From NCBI RefSeq assembly GCF_006345805.1, contig NC_043008.1, positions 50,468,001 to 50,532,000 of the forward strand: DNA of 64,000 bases, given 5' to 3'. Under the pieces are notes generated by a model. It had not been told where the DNA came from. It saw nothing but the letters and a program-made list of their open reading frames with translations, and did no database searches. Position numbers and translations under genes: made by a program. The DNA comes from Octopus sinensis. Its lineage: Eukaryota. How positions within the stretch are numbered: the first letter of the stretch is position 1; every line of letters begins with the position of its first letter. Shown in pieces: positions 12,481 to 26,931 of this stretch.

Positions 12481-15140
12481 CTGAGATCAATTTGTTTGAC
12501 TAAAAATCCTTCAAAGCAGTGCTCCAGCATGGCTGCAGTCAAATAACTGAAGCAAGTGAAAGATTTATTGCCCTATCTCCTTTAACTTCAATTTTCTTTG
12601 TATCTCTGAAGGAGTGCATTGTAGAAGTTTTGTTCTAGATCAAGTAAGTAAACCAAAGTCATAAGCATGAAATCTGGTAGATAGAAACCATTCAAACCGT
12701 TGAATGAATTAATTACACCTGTTTTTGGATAACAATTTGTCTTGCCATTTAATACCATCACCTGGTTTTTTTGTGTGAAGTTCATTCTGTTGAGAGTATT
12801 TGGTTAAGGTCTGCTGTCTGTGCATACCTTCTATTTTTTTCTCACTTGGAGACAGTGCATTAAAGGTGAGTAGCACTGCCCTACCTCCTTTAACTAAGCC
12901 CTAAAAATTATTGTAATGTAGGCACTGGCATTACTGTGTGGTTAAGAACCTCACTTTGCAACCACGTGGTTTCAGGTTCAGTCCCACTTTGCAGCACCTT
13001 GGGCAAGTGTCTTCTACTATAGCCCTAAGTTGGCCAATATCTTGTGAGTGAATTTGATTGATAGAAACTGTGTAGAGGCCCATTGTGTGAGTGTCTGTGT
13101 TTGTCCCCACTACTGCTTGACGACTGGCACTGGTTTGTTTATGTTTCTGTAACTTAGTGGTGTTTATGTCGCTGTAACCTTGGGGCCAAGGTGCCACACA
13201 TCCACACCTGTGCCAACAGAAATATGGATGATCATGATTGGAATGACTCTGATCATTGGTTTACTTGATCAAGGTTGACCTGAGGCTAAACAACAATTAA
13301 GAAAGATACTTTCAATAATGTAGTTCTAACTATACCCTCCTTGAGTAAAATGTAGAATTGTCACAAACTGACCTCAGTTTAAATAACAACAACATAAATG
13401 GCCTTGGACAATAATTCAGCTCTCAAAAAATTTATTTACAACACAGGCTTTCAGTATCTGTAACTAACGTGGGACTTTAGCATATTCTTATGGATAGTTT
13501 TGTATTGAAATAATTTCACTTGATTGATAGTTAATTTAGAGTGTAAAGGTAACTGATTAGACTGGTTCATTATTATATGAGAATATGCAAAACGTGTGCT
13601 AGTTTCAGTTAAAGCTTTTAGCAAAATGCCCTGATTAATTTGTGCTTAACTATATGTAAGTTATTATTATTGTGTTTGTTCATAGGATTTATAAAGGTTG
13701 TGTGAGTTGTATTACTAGAGGGAACAGATAGGTGTAGGTATGGGTATGGCTGTGTGGTTGAGAAGTTAGCTCTGAACCATGTGGTTTTGGTTTCAGTCCT
13801 ATTGTATGGCACCTTGGGCAAGTGTCTCCTCCTGTAGATCCAGGCCAACCGAAGCTTTGCAAGTGGATTTAGTTGAAGGAAACTAGAAGCCCTTCATATA
13901 TGGATATGTGTATGTGTGTGAGTGTTGTTGTCTCCTTCTCTTGACATTGTATGGTAGTTGTAACTGAGCATCACTGTCATACAAAAGGTGCCCTTCATTT
14001 CCACTTTTTCACGAAAACCTGTCTGGCCAGTGGGAAATATTACCTTACTTGGAAACAGGTGGGAGTTGACAGCAAGGCATCCAGCAGTAGAAAATCTGTC
14101 TCAGTGAATTCCATCTGAACCATGTTAGTATGAAAAAGTGGGCTTTAAAACAATGACGATGATAGACTATGAATCAATTAGTGGAACTACTTTTCTGTTA
14201 GAATTTTAAAACATTTTCAAAACAAATAGTGTAGAAAATTTTTTTGTTGTGACAATATTAAAAAGCCTCATTTTAGTTGTTGCGATTGTGGTTTAGTTAC
14301 TTGATGATAATCAAAGAATATAAAAGGGGAGATTTTTCTTATTTGGTTTAGAGATTTGTTTATAACAGAAATGAGTTGTTGTCATTGGATTAATGATGGA
14401 GAATTTTCATTCTTTCATTTGAAACTTAACAACTCTTGTTCTATTTTGATGCACATTTTTCCCCAGTTTAAATTTTTAAAATTTTACATATGGCAAAGTT
14501 AAAGATCTATAATAAAAGTATTTGCTGTATTTTTTTAACTAATGATTTATTTTTGATTGATGCTGAAATTTCAGAGAGAAAGTGAATAACAGAGATGCTA
14601 TTAATTTACAATAATAGGAAAGTTAGGGTAAATTAGTTAAATACCATTTTAGTTTCAATCAATAGAGTATTCATTATTAAATTAAATAAAAATAATTTCT
14701 CTCTTTTTTTTTTGTTTTTCTTCCAGCTTTCAAAATATGATAAATTAATGTTATTTCATTTTATTTGTTATGCCAAAATTGTCTATTATCTCTTGATGAT
14801 TGATATCTTAAAACAGACGTACATATTTGCCCTTCCTAGAATTTTGGATTATATAAAACATTTTGTGTAGAATTTGTTTCTCAGATCAATTTCTTTTTTT
14901 TTTTTTGTCTGATGTATCTGTTTTAATCCTGAAAACTGAAAGCAATTTAAAACCTTCCAGAAATCTATTCTAATTAAAATCTTGACTTAAACCTTCTTAT
15001 CTTTCAGCTGTGATTTGCTTATGTTTTTTTTCTTTTGATAAATATTGAATCCTTATTTGTCCTCCATCTCAGTTAAAAGCATACATATAAACACACATTT
15101 TTCTGGTAACAATTCACTAACTGTAAACTCTTTTTTGTAG

Positions 15141-15232
15141 AACCAACTCAGATTCGGCATTACATACAAGTACAATGGTGCAACAAGTAGACAATATATT
15201 GACTTCCAACACACCTCCCACTCATAAAAGAG
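15141..15232 (+). CDS. CRTC1: CRTC exon: [30 protein letters not shown] (SIK/AMPK-14-3-3 site, CRTC1 S151/CRTC2 S171 equivalent)
   Basis: Acceptor ttttttgtag, donor AG|gtaaat, 92 nt, phase 2 in and phase 1 out; conserved TNSDSALH motif. Confidence 0.93.
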
Positions 15233-15842
15233 GTAAATCTTCTTTTTATATTCTTATTCATTTGCTGGGGTTTTTTTTTTCATGCTTGTACAAAAATGTT
15301 ATGTAAAGCTAAATGACTTTCTTGATGCTAACCCTTACCAGCCTTTCAAATAAGAGATCTTTTATTCCACATGACTTCAAAGGCATGGAGTGATTAGACT
15401 AACAACACCTACCACACATTCATAGGAGTAGTTGTCAGTGTAAATACACAGATGCACATACATGCATGCATTTACACTTTAAATTTCCATCTCCCAAACC
15501 CACTCACAAGGCTTTTTGTTGGCCTGTGGCTATTGTAGAAGACAGTTGCCAAAAGTTTCATACGGTGGAGCAGAACCCAAAACTGCATGGTTGGGGAAAT
15601 GAATGTCTTGACCATACAGCTATGCCTGTGCCATTATCTTTTACCTGTTTCAGTCATTAGACTGTGGCCATGCTGGGGCACTGTCTTATAGCATTTTTAG
15701 TTGAATTAATCCCATTACTTTATGTTTAAGCCTGACATTTATTCTATTGTTCTCTTTTGCCAAGTCAGTAAGTTATGGGGATGTTAACATACCAACATTG
15801 GTTGTTAAGCAATAGTGGGAAACAAAGACACACACAGATATG

Positions 15843-15880
<38 letters not shown>

Positions 15881-18800
15881 ATGGGCTTCTTTCAGTTAGT
15901 TTCCATTTACCACAAGGCTTTGGTTGGCCTGAGGCTGTAGTAGAAGATACTTGCTCAAGGTGTCATGCATTAGGAATGAACTTAAAACCATGTGGTTGGG
16001 AAGCAAGCCTGCACCTATATATATAATATATATATATATGTGTGTGTGTGTGTAAAGATAGAATGGCCCTTTAAATCAGATGCCTTAAATTATGTTACAA
16101 AAAAAGTCTTGAATCACTTGCAGCTGCTAGGAAAGTATGGAGAGTTATGATTTGGAAGAGTGTTAAAGAATTTGAGCTTAACAGAGTAAACATGTTAAAA
16201 TAAAGAAAAAAATCATAAAAACAAGACTAATAGTGTTGTGAGAGTTTCTTGTTGCTTTTTTTTAAACGTTCTTTGTACATAAAATTATGTGTATCTCACT
16301 CTGGTATGATATTGCACCAGCGTACCCATGTGGGTAAGGCATACACGCGCTATTGGAATCTTATTCTAGATGACCAGTTTCAATGCAATGTCTGTCGAAA
16401 AGCCTGCAGCACATGTGGAGGGTTGACGTGACACTTGAACGTTCATAAGAGAAAAATGTGGGAAATGGAGCCAATGCTAAAATGAGACATTGCTGCAGTA
16501 TATATGTGATCAGCCCTTCAAGCCCCTTTCAGGGCTCAAAAGTCATTTAAGATGTCATGATGCTAGGAAAGAACAATTTATAATTGCAGGTCAAGCCCTG
16601 CAAGGAGCAGACAGCCCCCCCCCAAAAAAAAAACACACACACACACATATATATTTATATATGTGTATATATATCATCATCATCATCATTTAATCTCCAT
16701 TGTCCATGCTGGTATGAGTTGGGCAGTTTGACCAGCGCTGGCAAAGCAAAGAGCTGTGCCTGGCTCCTGTCTAATTTGGCATGGCTTCTATGGCTGGATG
16801 CCTTTATATATATCCTCAACTCATACACCACCCCTCCCCTCAACCCTTCCACAATCTTTACAAATGTTATCTACCTCCCTGTCCCATTTCCCTTGTCTCC
16901 CCCCCACATAGACTCTTCCAAACCCCCATTTCCCTTACCCACGACTGCTTCTGCTACCTGAAGTTCCACCTGGACATCTCAGAGGGCACACACTCTCCTA
17001 CCCTGATGTAATCTCCAGGGATACAGGCATCCATCAACAGGACCTCCGTAATGCCATGATGGACCGTGAAGTCTGGCGTAGCATGGTAAATTCCATTGTC
17101 TCGACCACGGTCGAACAATGATGATGATGGACATCTCATCACCCCTATCTATTTCCTTAGAGATACCTCTAATTCATCCTCACTCTTTCTCCTAAGTGTG
17201 AGTAGCCATGTAGCCCCTCTACCACAAGAATCTGCTCTACCACAATCTCTTTTCTCATACCTTAACCTATGGAGCTCCATCTAACAAACCGATGCAGCAT
17301 CCTCCCTCTCTGGGTTTGTTGTCTTGCAAACTACCTATTACATTGCATAGTACTTGGTAGGACTGGTTCACTACCTCTTTCCTGTTTCTTAACATCTTGA
17401 AAGAGAATTTCTTGCATTTTGAATGATTTTATACTAAATATGTCTACAGACATTGATAATTAAAGATTCTTTTTTTTTCCACATTTTTTTTCACATTTAT
17501 TGAATTGGATTTTTCAGTTCTTCAAGTAGCTGAGGAAAATTCAGTTCAAGATAACATGAAGTACTGGGACCCTAAAAAGGTAGTTGTTTTGTGTATTTAT
17601 CTTTTCTTATTTCTGATTATTGTTTTTTGTTTGATGAAATTAGCATTTATGAGATGATTGTGCAATTTCCTTTAAACTTTTCAGTGGTTATTATAGATGT
17701 ACAAAAAGATGGTATACTTTTAATCATAGATCTGTCCAATTAGGGTTGACCTGGGGCTAAACAACAACAACAATAACACCAACAACTTCATCACTTACAC
17801 CATCTGTACAACCACCAGTTTCTTTTTTTTTTATTTCTTATTCACTACCACTTTCATCATGTACACCAACACAAGTCAGTTAGGGAGCCTTTGTGTGACT
17901 ATTCATCAGGTTAGAGATTACAGCCAGATCTCTTGCAGATAACATCCTACTGCCTTAAAAAAGGCAGGACATATGACATAAAATATTACGTCTACGTAGA
18001 GGAGGGCATGATCACAGCTGGATGAAGGCTTGTGATTATAGGTCTGAGTTAGAGCTTAAATAATTTCACCACTACTATCACTACATTTCTTATCTTTGAA
18101 ACCGTTCTTTTAACTATTGATTAACTGCTGACTTCACTCCATTCTGTAAAACTGATCAATGTTACTAACACATCTTAGTTCTGAGGTCAAATAGTTAACT
18201 AACCAATTATGAGGTATTTAGAACATGTTAGCTATTATTGATGTTGTTTTAATTAAAATTCCTTTTTATCATCATGAATTAAATGCTCATGTTATTTTCT
18301 ATTTTAGCTTGGTCAAGTCCGGCCCAAATCCTGTGAAGTTCCCAACATCAAGTAAGTCTACTTTCAATATTCATAGTAATTTCATGCTAATTGTAGACAA
18401 ATGTCATGGTTATACAAATTGCAATCCTCCATCGAAATATGTCCAGCCATTGTGCTGTTTGTGTTTGAAGGATTAGGGGAAAATATTACTTTGCTTGGAA
18501 ACAGGTGAGGGTTGGCATCAAGAGCATCTAGGTGTAGAAATGAAGTTCATCTGACACATGCAGGCATGGAAATGTGGATGTTAAAACGATGATGATATTG
18601 ATATGAACATACACACCTCTATATCAAGTTGAAAATAGGCTGCCTGGAGACTGCCTGATTTTTAGCTGAACTGACTCCAGTCTTAACCTTGCTTTCTGCT
18701 TTTTTGTACAAAGCTTCCATTCATTCATAGCTTCCTTAGCATCCACCAGACTGCAAAATATAGGGCCCAATCATGGCTCCCCTCAAATTGACAAATGCAT

Positions 18801-21800
18801 TGAGGAATGGTTTTTTTTAAAGAACTTATGTACTTGTCTCATTCAAAATTTGACAGTTTTGGTTCTTCATTGTGGTGTCAATCCAAACTGAATCCTATCC
18901 ATTTTTCCCTGTACTAACTTTGTTGAGACTCTCTCAGCTACTGTCTGTATGAGACATCTGTAATTGTTTCCTACCAATGAATCTATTCTGCCATTTAGCA
19001 CTAATGATACTGTTATACCAGGCATTGGAGGAAAACACCTTTTTATATTTCCTGATTAAGCATCTAACATAGTGCTGTTTGAAAATTTTAATTCAGATCA
19101 CGTAACCCTTTTGTTACCGCATTTATTTTGAGATGCTCTGTTTCTTTCAATTACTTTAAATATAACAAAGAATTTAGTAAAATAATTTAGTTATCATTAA
19201 GCTAATATTAGGAACGTACGGTTTGGTGGAAGATTTTAATTCAAAACTTATGAAAACAAGACATTTGTACTAGAGAGCTGGGTTGGTATCGAAAGGGTTA
19301 AAAAAAAAATTCTGTATGGTAAAACAAGGGGCTTTCTGAGGTGGGTTGGTATCGAAAAGATTAAGCTTTGTTTACTTTTTGCCTGTTGTTGCTAATTGTT
19401 TACTTGGCATCATTTTGTAAATCTTTATATTCTGAGTTCAAATTCTGCCATGGTCAACTTTGCCTTTCATCCTTTCAGAGATGATGAATAAGAACCAGTT
19501 AAATATTGGGGTTGATGTAATTAACTGGCCCTCCTCACCAATTTCAGACATCATCATCATCATCATCGTTTAAACGATGATGATGTGTCTATAGTAGAAA
19601 GGATTATTAATGTTGATGCGTAACTGAGTAATTAAAATATTTTCACTTTACTGTCATAAGGTCCTAGGTCCACCCTCACTGTAGGATATCTCATTTTAGG
19701 CAAGTGTTTTTTTATATTATACATGACCTCAGATTAGCCAAAACTTCTGTGACTGTAACTCAATGCATGGAAACTGTGTAGAAGCCTATCAGATGGATTA
19801 TACCTGTAATTTAAAGGTTTGGCTTTTCATGCTAATTTGATCTTAGGATATACATGTCTGTGGAATACTCAGCCACTTACATGTTAATTTAATGAGGAGG
19901 TAGTTCAGTTGATTAAACAACTGAATGCTTGTTGTCAAAACTGATGAAAGATCTATTATTATTTATGTTAATTATGTTTAATTATTTGTCTATTTTTATT
20001 ATGTTTTCTCTTTGTCCAATGTCAGTAATTGTATTTACTCTTTGTCTAGTGTTGTTTTAGTGATCTGCGGCCAGAAATAAACCTGTCTCTTTCTCCCTGT
20101 TTCAGCATCTACCCATCACAAGAACAGGACTCTGGTGTGCACATCCCAATTTCCAATCATGCTGGATCATTGCCTGACTTATCAGTACTTCAGTTTCCTT
20201 CACCATTAGTGACACCACTTGATGAAGAAGAGCAGAACTTTGCTTCATCCGTCACAACTGGCAGTAATATAAATCTGTCTCCAAATATGAACATGTCTCC
20301 TACTCAAGTATCACCGCCCCAGCAGTCTGTGTCAGCTCGACGGAACCTACAGTCAAGTCCAAGTCCGTTGGTACTAACAAATGTCAACCAAATGAGATTG
20401 CCACTTTCTCCACCTGTAAGACACCTCCCATTTTTATTCTCGTATATTTGTGTGTATGTGTGTGCCTGTGCGTATGTGTGTGGTGGGCTGGTTGTGAAGT
20501 CTAACTTAGTGATAGACTGCAAGTTCCTATAGAATTAGATTTGGATGACCTCAACTAAATAGTCAGATTATGCAAACATACAGACATACTCTTCCCAATT
20601 GAAAGTTTTACTTTAAATTAATCTGTAATAAATTTCTGATATTGTGTTGCGTCTTTCCAATATTTTCTGAGAAATTGCTTAAGAAAATATTTTTCATTTT
20701 GGTTCTTTAAAATGTATAAAAGCTTTGCATAACCTTGAACAATCATCATCATCATCATCATTTAGCGTCCGTTTTCCATGCTAGCATGGGTTGGACGGTT
20801 CAACTGGGGTCTGTGAAGCTGGAAGGCTGCATCAGGCCCAGTCAGATCTGGCAGTGTTTCTACGGCTGGATGCCCTTCCTAACGCCTAATCATATAATTT
20901 AAATATTATAAATTTTTTTATTAATAAGTTGAAAGAGTAATACATATCTCTGTTTGTGTGTGTGTGCATCTTTTATCTTTTACTTGTTTCAGTCATTAGA
21001 CTATGGCCATGCTGGGGCACTTCTTTGAAGAATTTTAGTCCAATAAATATACCTCATTGGTTTTTTTTTTTTTTGAAGCCTACCACTTATTCTATTGGTC
21101 TCTTGCTAAACTGCTAAGTTACAGAGATGTGAACACATCAACACTGGTTGTCAGGGGAACACACACACACACACAATGGCTTCTTTCAGTTTCCACCTAC
21201 CAAAACCACTCACAAGGCTTTGATCGGCCCGAGGCTATAGTAGAAGCCACTTGCCCAAGGTGCCATGCAGTGGGAGTGAAACTGGAACCACGAGATTGGA
21301 AAGCAAGCTTCTTACCACACATACAAGGTTTCAGTCTTAAAAAATTGTTATTATAATGATTAAGGTGGCAAGCTGGCAGAATCATTAGCATTGCTGGATG
21401 AAATGTTTAGTGGTATTTCGCCCATCACCACATTCTGAGTTCAAATTCCACCAGGGTCGACTTTGCCTATCATCCTTTCAGGGTTGATAAATTAAGTACC
21501 AGTGAAACACTGGGGTCGATGTAATCAGCTCGTCCCCTCCCCACAAATTTCAGGCCTTGTGCCTAAAGTAGAAAGAATTATTATTATTATCAAGGTGGTG
21601 AGCTGACAGAATCGTTAGCATGTTGGGCGAAATGGTTAGCAGTATTTCATCTGTTGCTAAGTTCTGAGTTCAAATTCCACTGAGGTCAACTTTGCCTTTT
21701 ATCCTTTTGGGGTTGATAAATTAAGTACCAGTTGAATACTGGGGTTCATGTAATTGACTATCCCCCTCTCCCTCAAATTTCAGGCCTGGTTCCTATAGTA

Positions 21801-22317
21801 GAAAGTATTATTATTCTCTAAAACTCAAATACCCGTCAAGTATTGTGGTAATGGTATCATCTAACCCCCTCCCACAAATTTCAGGGTTTGTACCTAATTT
21901 TCTTTTATCATTTACTGGTTTCAGTCATTTGACTGCAGCCATACTGGGGCACTGTCTTGAAGGGTTTTAGTTGAATAACTGCCCCCTCCCCCCCATCTAC
22001 CAAATCCACTCACAAGGCTTTGGGCATTCCAAGGCTATAGTAGAAAACACTTGCCCAAAGTGCCATGCAATGGGACTGAACCTGGAACCATGTGGTTGGG
22101 AAGCAAACTTCTTACCACACAACCATGCCTGCTCCTTTAAAAAAAAGCTGCCTGCAGGCAGCTATGAGAGTTGAACTGGCTGAGTGTTCCACCATTAAGC
22201 TAAATGGTCCCCTATGTTAGAAACTGTTATTATTATTGGATAAGGCAGCAAGCTGGCAGAATTGTTACTTGTGCCAAAATTTGAAACCATTATTATTATT
22301 TTTTTTTATCATTATTA

Positions 22318-22360
<43 letters not shown>

Positions 22361-25300
22361 CCCTGAAAATTTGTGGCCTTGTGCTTAGATCAAAAACCCA
22401 TCATCATTATCATCATCTTTATTATTCAAATTACTTATCATGATAGAAGTTCAAGGTTATGCTTAGCTACATTAAATACTGAAAAGTGGTATCATTTTCA
22501 TTGTCGAAATATTCAGCTAAATGTGTTTGTATGTTTGCTCTCTTAGATAAATATCAGATATCCCCTTAAAGATTTCCTGATGTTGTGTAAGTTCTGAACT
22601 GAACACATCAAATTCTTTCTACACAAATGTCATTGGTTTCATACATAATCTTACCAGCTGAAAACTCCCCTCCTTCATACACACACACACACACACAAAA
22701 TTTTCTGTGTCTGTAAAATTAGAGTACATGTTTGGTTGAACAAATGAGAGAATCTGCTCACCAATTCTACATTTGTATTCTCTCTAGCAGCTCTGTATAG
22801 GAAAGGAATGTAGCACAGTTCCTAATAAGTTAGTGTTAGCATATTTAATACAATATGCATATTTAACTGTTCAAAAATTAACGAGAGATTAAAACCTGCA
22901 ATGAATGAGGTGGGAAAGACCCAACAGTGTTAGACAATGACTAACCTTATTTTCACTTAACCAAGAAGTGAGGAGAGACAACACCAGACATGGTTTTTGT
23001 CTTGTGTTGACCTCATTGATGAAACACAACTTTTTGCTGTGTATTAAGTTGCTGTAATAAAATAGTTTAAACCCTTTTGATACCAATCTGCCTGAAGCCA
23101 TCCCTAGTTCATTGGTACAAACTTCCTGTTTTAGAATGATCTAAATGAAAACTTTCCATCAAAATTTTGTTAGTTTAAGTTGCAAACATCAACTTAATAA
23201 TCTCAAAGTTATTTACTTAATTCTTCATTATTTTCAAAATTAATTCAAACAAAAACAATGTATATCAACAGAAAAATGGTTAACAGAAGGGTTAATAATT
23301 CAGCGCTACAACCTTATAAAAACAGTCAGTTCCTATTAGCCTATTTAATACAGGGAGTATTAAAAAGTTAACTAGAAAAAATATACACTAAAGAAAAACA
23401 ATACTAGTCAATTACTATAGTTATTTTCATTTTTCTGGCAAGTCCCAGAGACAATCTGGAACATGTTTTGGTATTATTATAACCTCATCAGTGAACCATA
23501 TCTTTCACCATGCTTACTGGTATGGTGATGAAAGAATCAAGTAAATGAACAAGGTTCTACATAGGTTGCCATGGGTAAATGGAACTGTTTAACCCTTTTG
23601 TTTCCATATTTCTGTTGAAATGCCCTGTGCTTTGTTGCAATTAATTTTTAAAGTAACGAGAAGTTTAATAAAATGACTTTGTCCTTATTAATCTGGTATT
23701 TGAAGCAGAAATGAGCACACAATATTGATGGAAAGATTGTGTTTATATGACTTCAAAATGGGGAGTTTGTGTCATAGGACCAGAGGTCCAGTCTTGGGTT
23801 GGTTGATACCAAAAGTGTAAAAATGCAAAACAAGTAAATAACTGAGGTTTCAGCTTTACATGAAACCATTATGAGGGCAGTGACATTTAATGGACAGTAA
23901 TACTGATCTTAAAAAAGATTTTAGTATTGCTTTCAGCATTTTTATTGTCTCTAAAGAGAGCTCCATGTTTGACTAAAAGGACATCTTACTATTATACTGT
24001 TTGCATGGGAATTGTAAAGCATTTCTATCTTTCATACTAAGACAATGTAATTAGAGAATACAAATGTTCCAACACACACACATATATATATAATAATTCC
24101 AAAGAAGCCCTAACTTTACATGCAATTTATGTGTTTATCTAATATCTATTAGCATTTTACTATTCTTTAAGCCATCTCCTATATGTTGCTTTCAATTTTT
24201 TTCCCCCAGTTCCCTTTCTAATGTTCTTAGAATTCCTGCATGTTTATTGTACCATGTTTTATGTTACCTTTATTTATTCATTTAATTTTTTTACCACATA
24301 ATTGTATTTCCCCTTGAAAATTGTGTAAAGTATTTTTTGCTTCATCTTGGGAATGTATGTTTATGAAAATGAAAATATATATTTCCTTATTCAAGTTTTA
24401 TCTTTGAGTAAGAGATTCACAGATTCTTCATTCTTACCTAACTTGATAATTATACAAGATACTTTTCTTACAAATCATACAGTTAATTTATCTCTCTCTT
24501 GATTCCCTCCAATTGTCATACCATTCATTTATAATTCTACTTCACTGAAGCTTGAATCCGCTTGTACAGTCTAGTGCTAGATGTTAGAAAAGGTCACCTA
24601 GTTGTAAAAATGTACACCAAAGTTTGCTTCATAACATGATGCAATTATTGTTATGAAGTGAGTAAAAACAAAGATAGTAATAGTTTAGTCTGTTTTCTTT
24701 GCCCTGTCATTCTTTAGTCATTCTCTCTCTCTCTCTCTCTTTCATCAATAACCTAATTCTAGCCTGCACTAGTTCCTCTTTCCATTCAAGCTGTATTTCA
24801 TTATTATTTCACATCATGGCCTAAATTCATAACTGATGACCCAAAAGCTGTTCTTTTTCTGTTAGTTTGTGAAATGTTCCATTTGGCTACAAGAAGCCCT
24901 CACTCTGTTGTTTTTTTAAATAAACACTTACAGATCTCCTGCATATACAGATATTTAAATTCTAGGAGCTATATTTCCACATTGAGGCTTTTACAGTAAA
25001 AAAGAAAAGACCTCTCTTCATTAATCTTGTTAATTCACTGCATTCTGCTCTTATAAATTCTAGGTACGGTACTGGTTTCCTTATTGTTTAGCTTCGTTAA
25101 GGGCTTTCTTCAGATTTACTAAGTTACAAATAAATATTATTACAGTTACCAATTAATTAACTTCAGACATTATTTTCTCAGAACTCCAACAACGTGTATC
25201 TATAGCTTCCTGGGTGCTATTCAGTACATTGAGTTCCAACTGTCAGCTTGTTGCTCTGTTTAGACTTCAGTTGATGTCTAATTATCATGTTCATTAAAAT

Positions 25301-26885
25301 CTTAAAACTCAGTACATGTACAGTTATGATTATTTAACTTGAATTTCTTCTCTATCCATAGAGTTAGCTATTCCATACCAGTTGTACTCCTTTATTTTGT
25401 CACTTCATCATTGGTATAAGCATTCATATATTCCTACCACAAATTTTACTTACTTGTACATTGTTGACTTGAAGTTTTTCCCTGTTATTGAAAAGCCCTT
25501 TTTTGTGATATTCTTCGAGAATCATAATCTTTCAATAAGACATTCATTCATATTCTAGGGAAATCTTTACTGTACAATAAACTTTATTCTTAGTGATTCA
25601 GATTAAAACTTTCCAGAATTTTTGTAAAACAATTACAAACTTGCCGGGAATAGCCAAAAATAACTACATTTAAATCTTAGTTACAATTTGTATTATTTTA
25701 TCTCTTTGGTAATATGGTGTGTATGTAGTACAACTTTGTACTGATTGGATTTATATATTTGATACTGATTGGTTTTTACATCTTAAATATCAGTATTATA
25801 TAGACCTTGGCTAGTGGTTATTTTGTTATGAAATCCTTCCTTTGTATACGCTTGCCTTTCATCCCTCTGAAGTTGATAAAATAAAGTGCCAGTCAGATAC
25901 TAGGGATAGTATAGTTGATTATAAGCCTCCCTTCAAAAATGCTGGCCTTGTGCCTATATTAGGGTATGTTGTTATTATTATTATTATTACTATTATAAAG
26001 TAGGCAGAATCATTAGTACAGTGGAGAAAATGCTTCATGGCATTTCTTCTAGATCTTTACTTTCTGTTTTCAGTCTACGAAGGTCAGCTTTGCTTTTCAT
26101 TCTTTTGTGGTTGATGAAATAAGTACCAGTTGAACACTGAGGTTGATGTAATCAACTGGCCCCTTCCCACAAGATTTCAGAGGCCTTGTCCCTATAGCAG
26201 AAAGAATTATTATTAAGGCAGCAAGCTGGCAGAATCGTTAGCATGCCAGGCAAAATGCTTAGTGATATTTCATCCATCTTTATGTCTAAGTTCTAATTTT
26301 GCAGAGGTTGACTTTGCCTTTCATCCTTTCGTGGATAATAAATTAAGAACCAGTCAAGTACTGGGGTCAGTGTGATTGACTTGCCCCTCTCCACAAATTT
26401 TGGGCCTTGTGCCTTTAGTAGAAAGGATTATTATTATCATTATTAAGGTGGCAAGCTAGCAGAATTGTTAGCATGCCAGGCGAAATGCTTAGTGGTATTT
26501 TGACCATTGCTGTTCAGTGTTCAAATTCCACCAAGGTTCACTTTGCATTTCATCCTTTCAGGGTTGATAAATTAAGTACCAGTGAAACACTGGGATTGAT
26601 GTAATCAACTAGTCCCCTCCCCCAAAATTCCAGTCCTTGTTCCTATAGAAGAAAGGATTGTTATTATTATTAAGGTGGCGAACTGGCAGAAACATTAGCA
26701 TGCTTGACGAAGTGCTTGGCAGTATTTTGCCCGTCACTGTGTTCTGAGTTCAAATTCCACCAAGGTCGACTTTGGCTTTCATTCTTTTGGGGTCGATAAA
26801 TTAAATATCAGTTGCTTGCTGGGGTTGATTAAATCAACTGGACCTCTCCCCCAAAATTTCAGGCCTTGTGCATATTGTAGAAAGG

Positions 26886-26931
<46 letters not shown>

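Noticed and set aside
16249-16693. Host C2H2 zinc-finger gene
   Set aside because: In-frame stops and frameshifts, no TGEKP linkers, and preceded by an RTE C-terminal signature.
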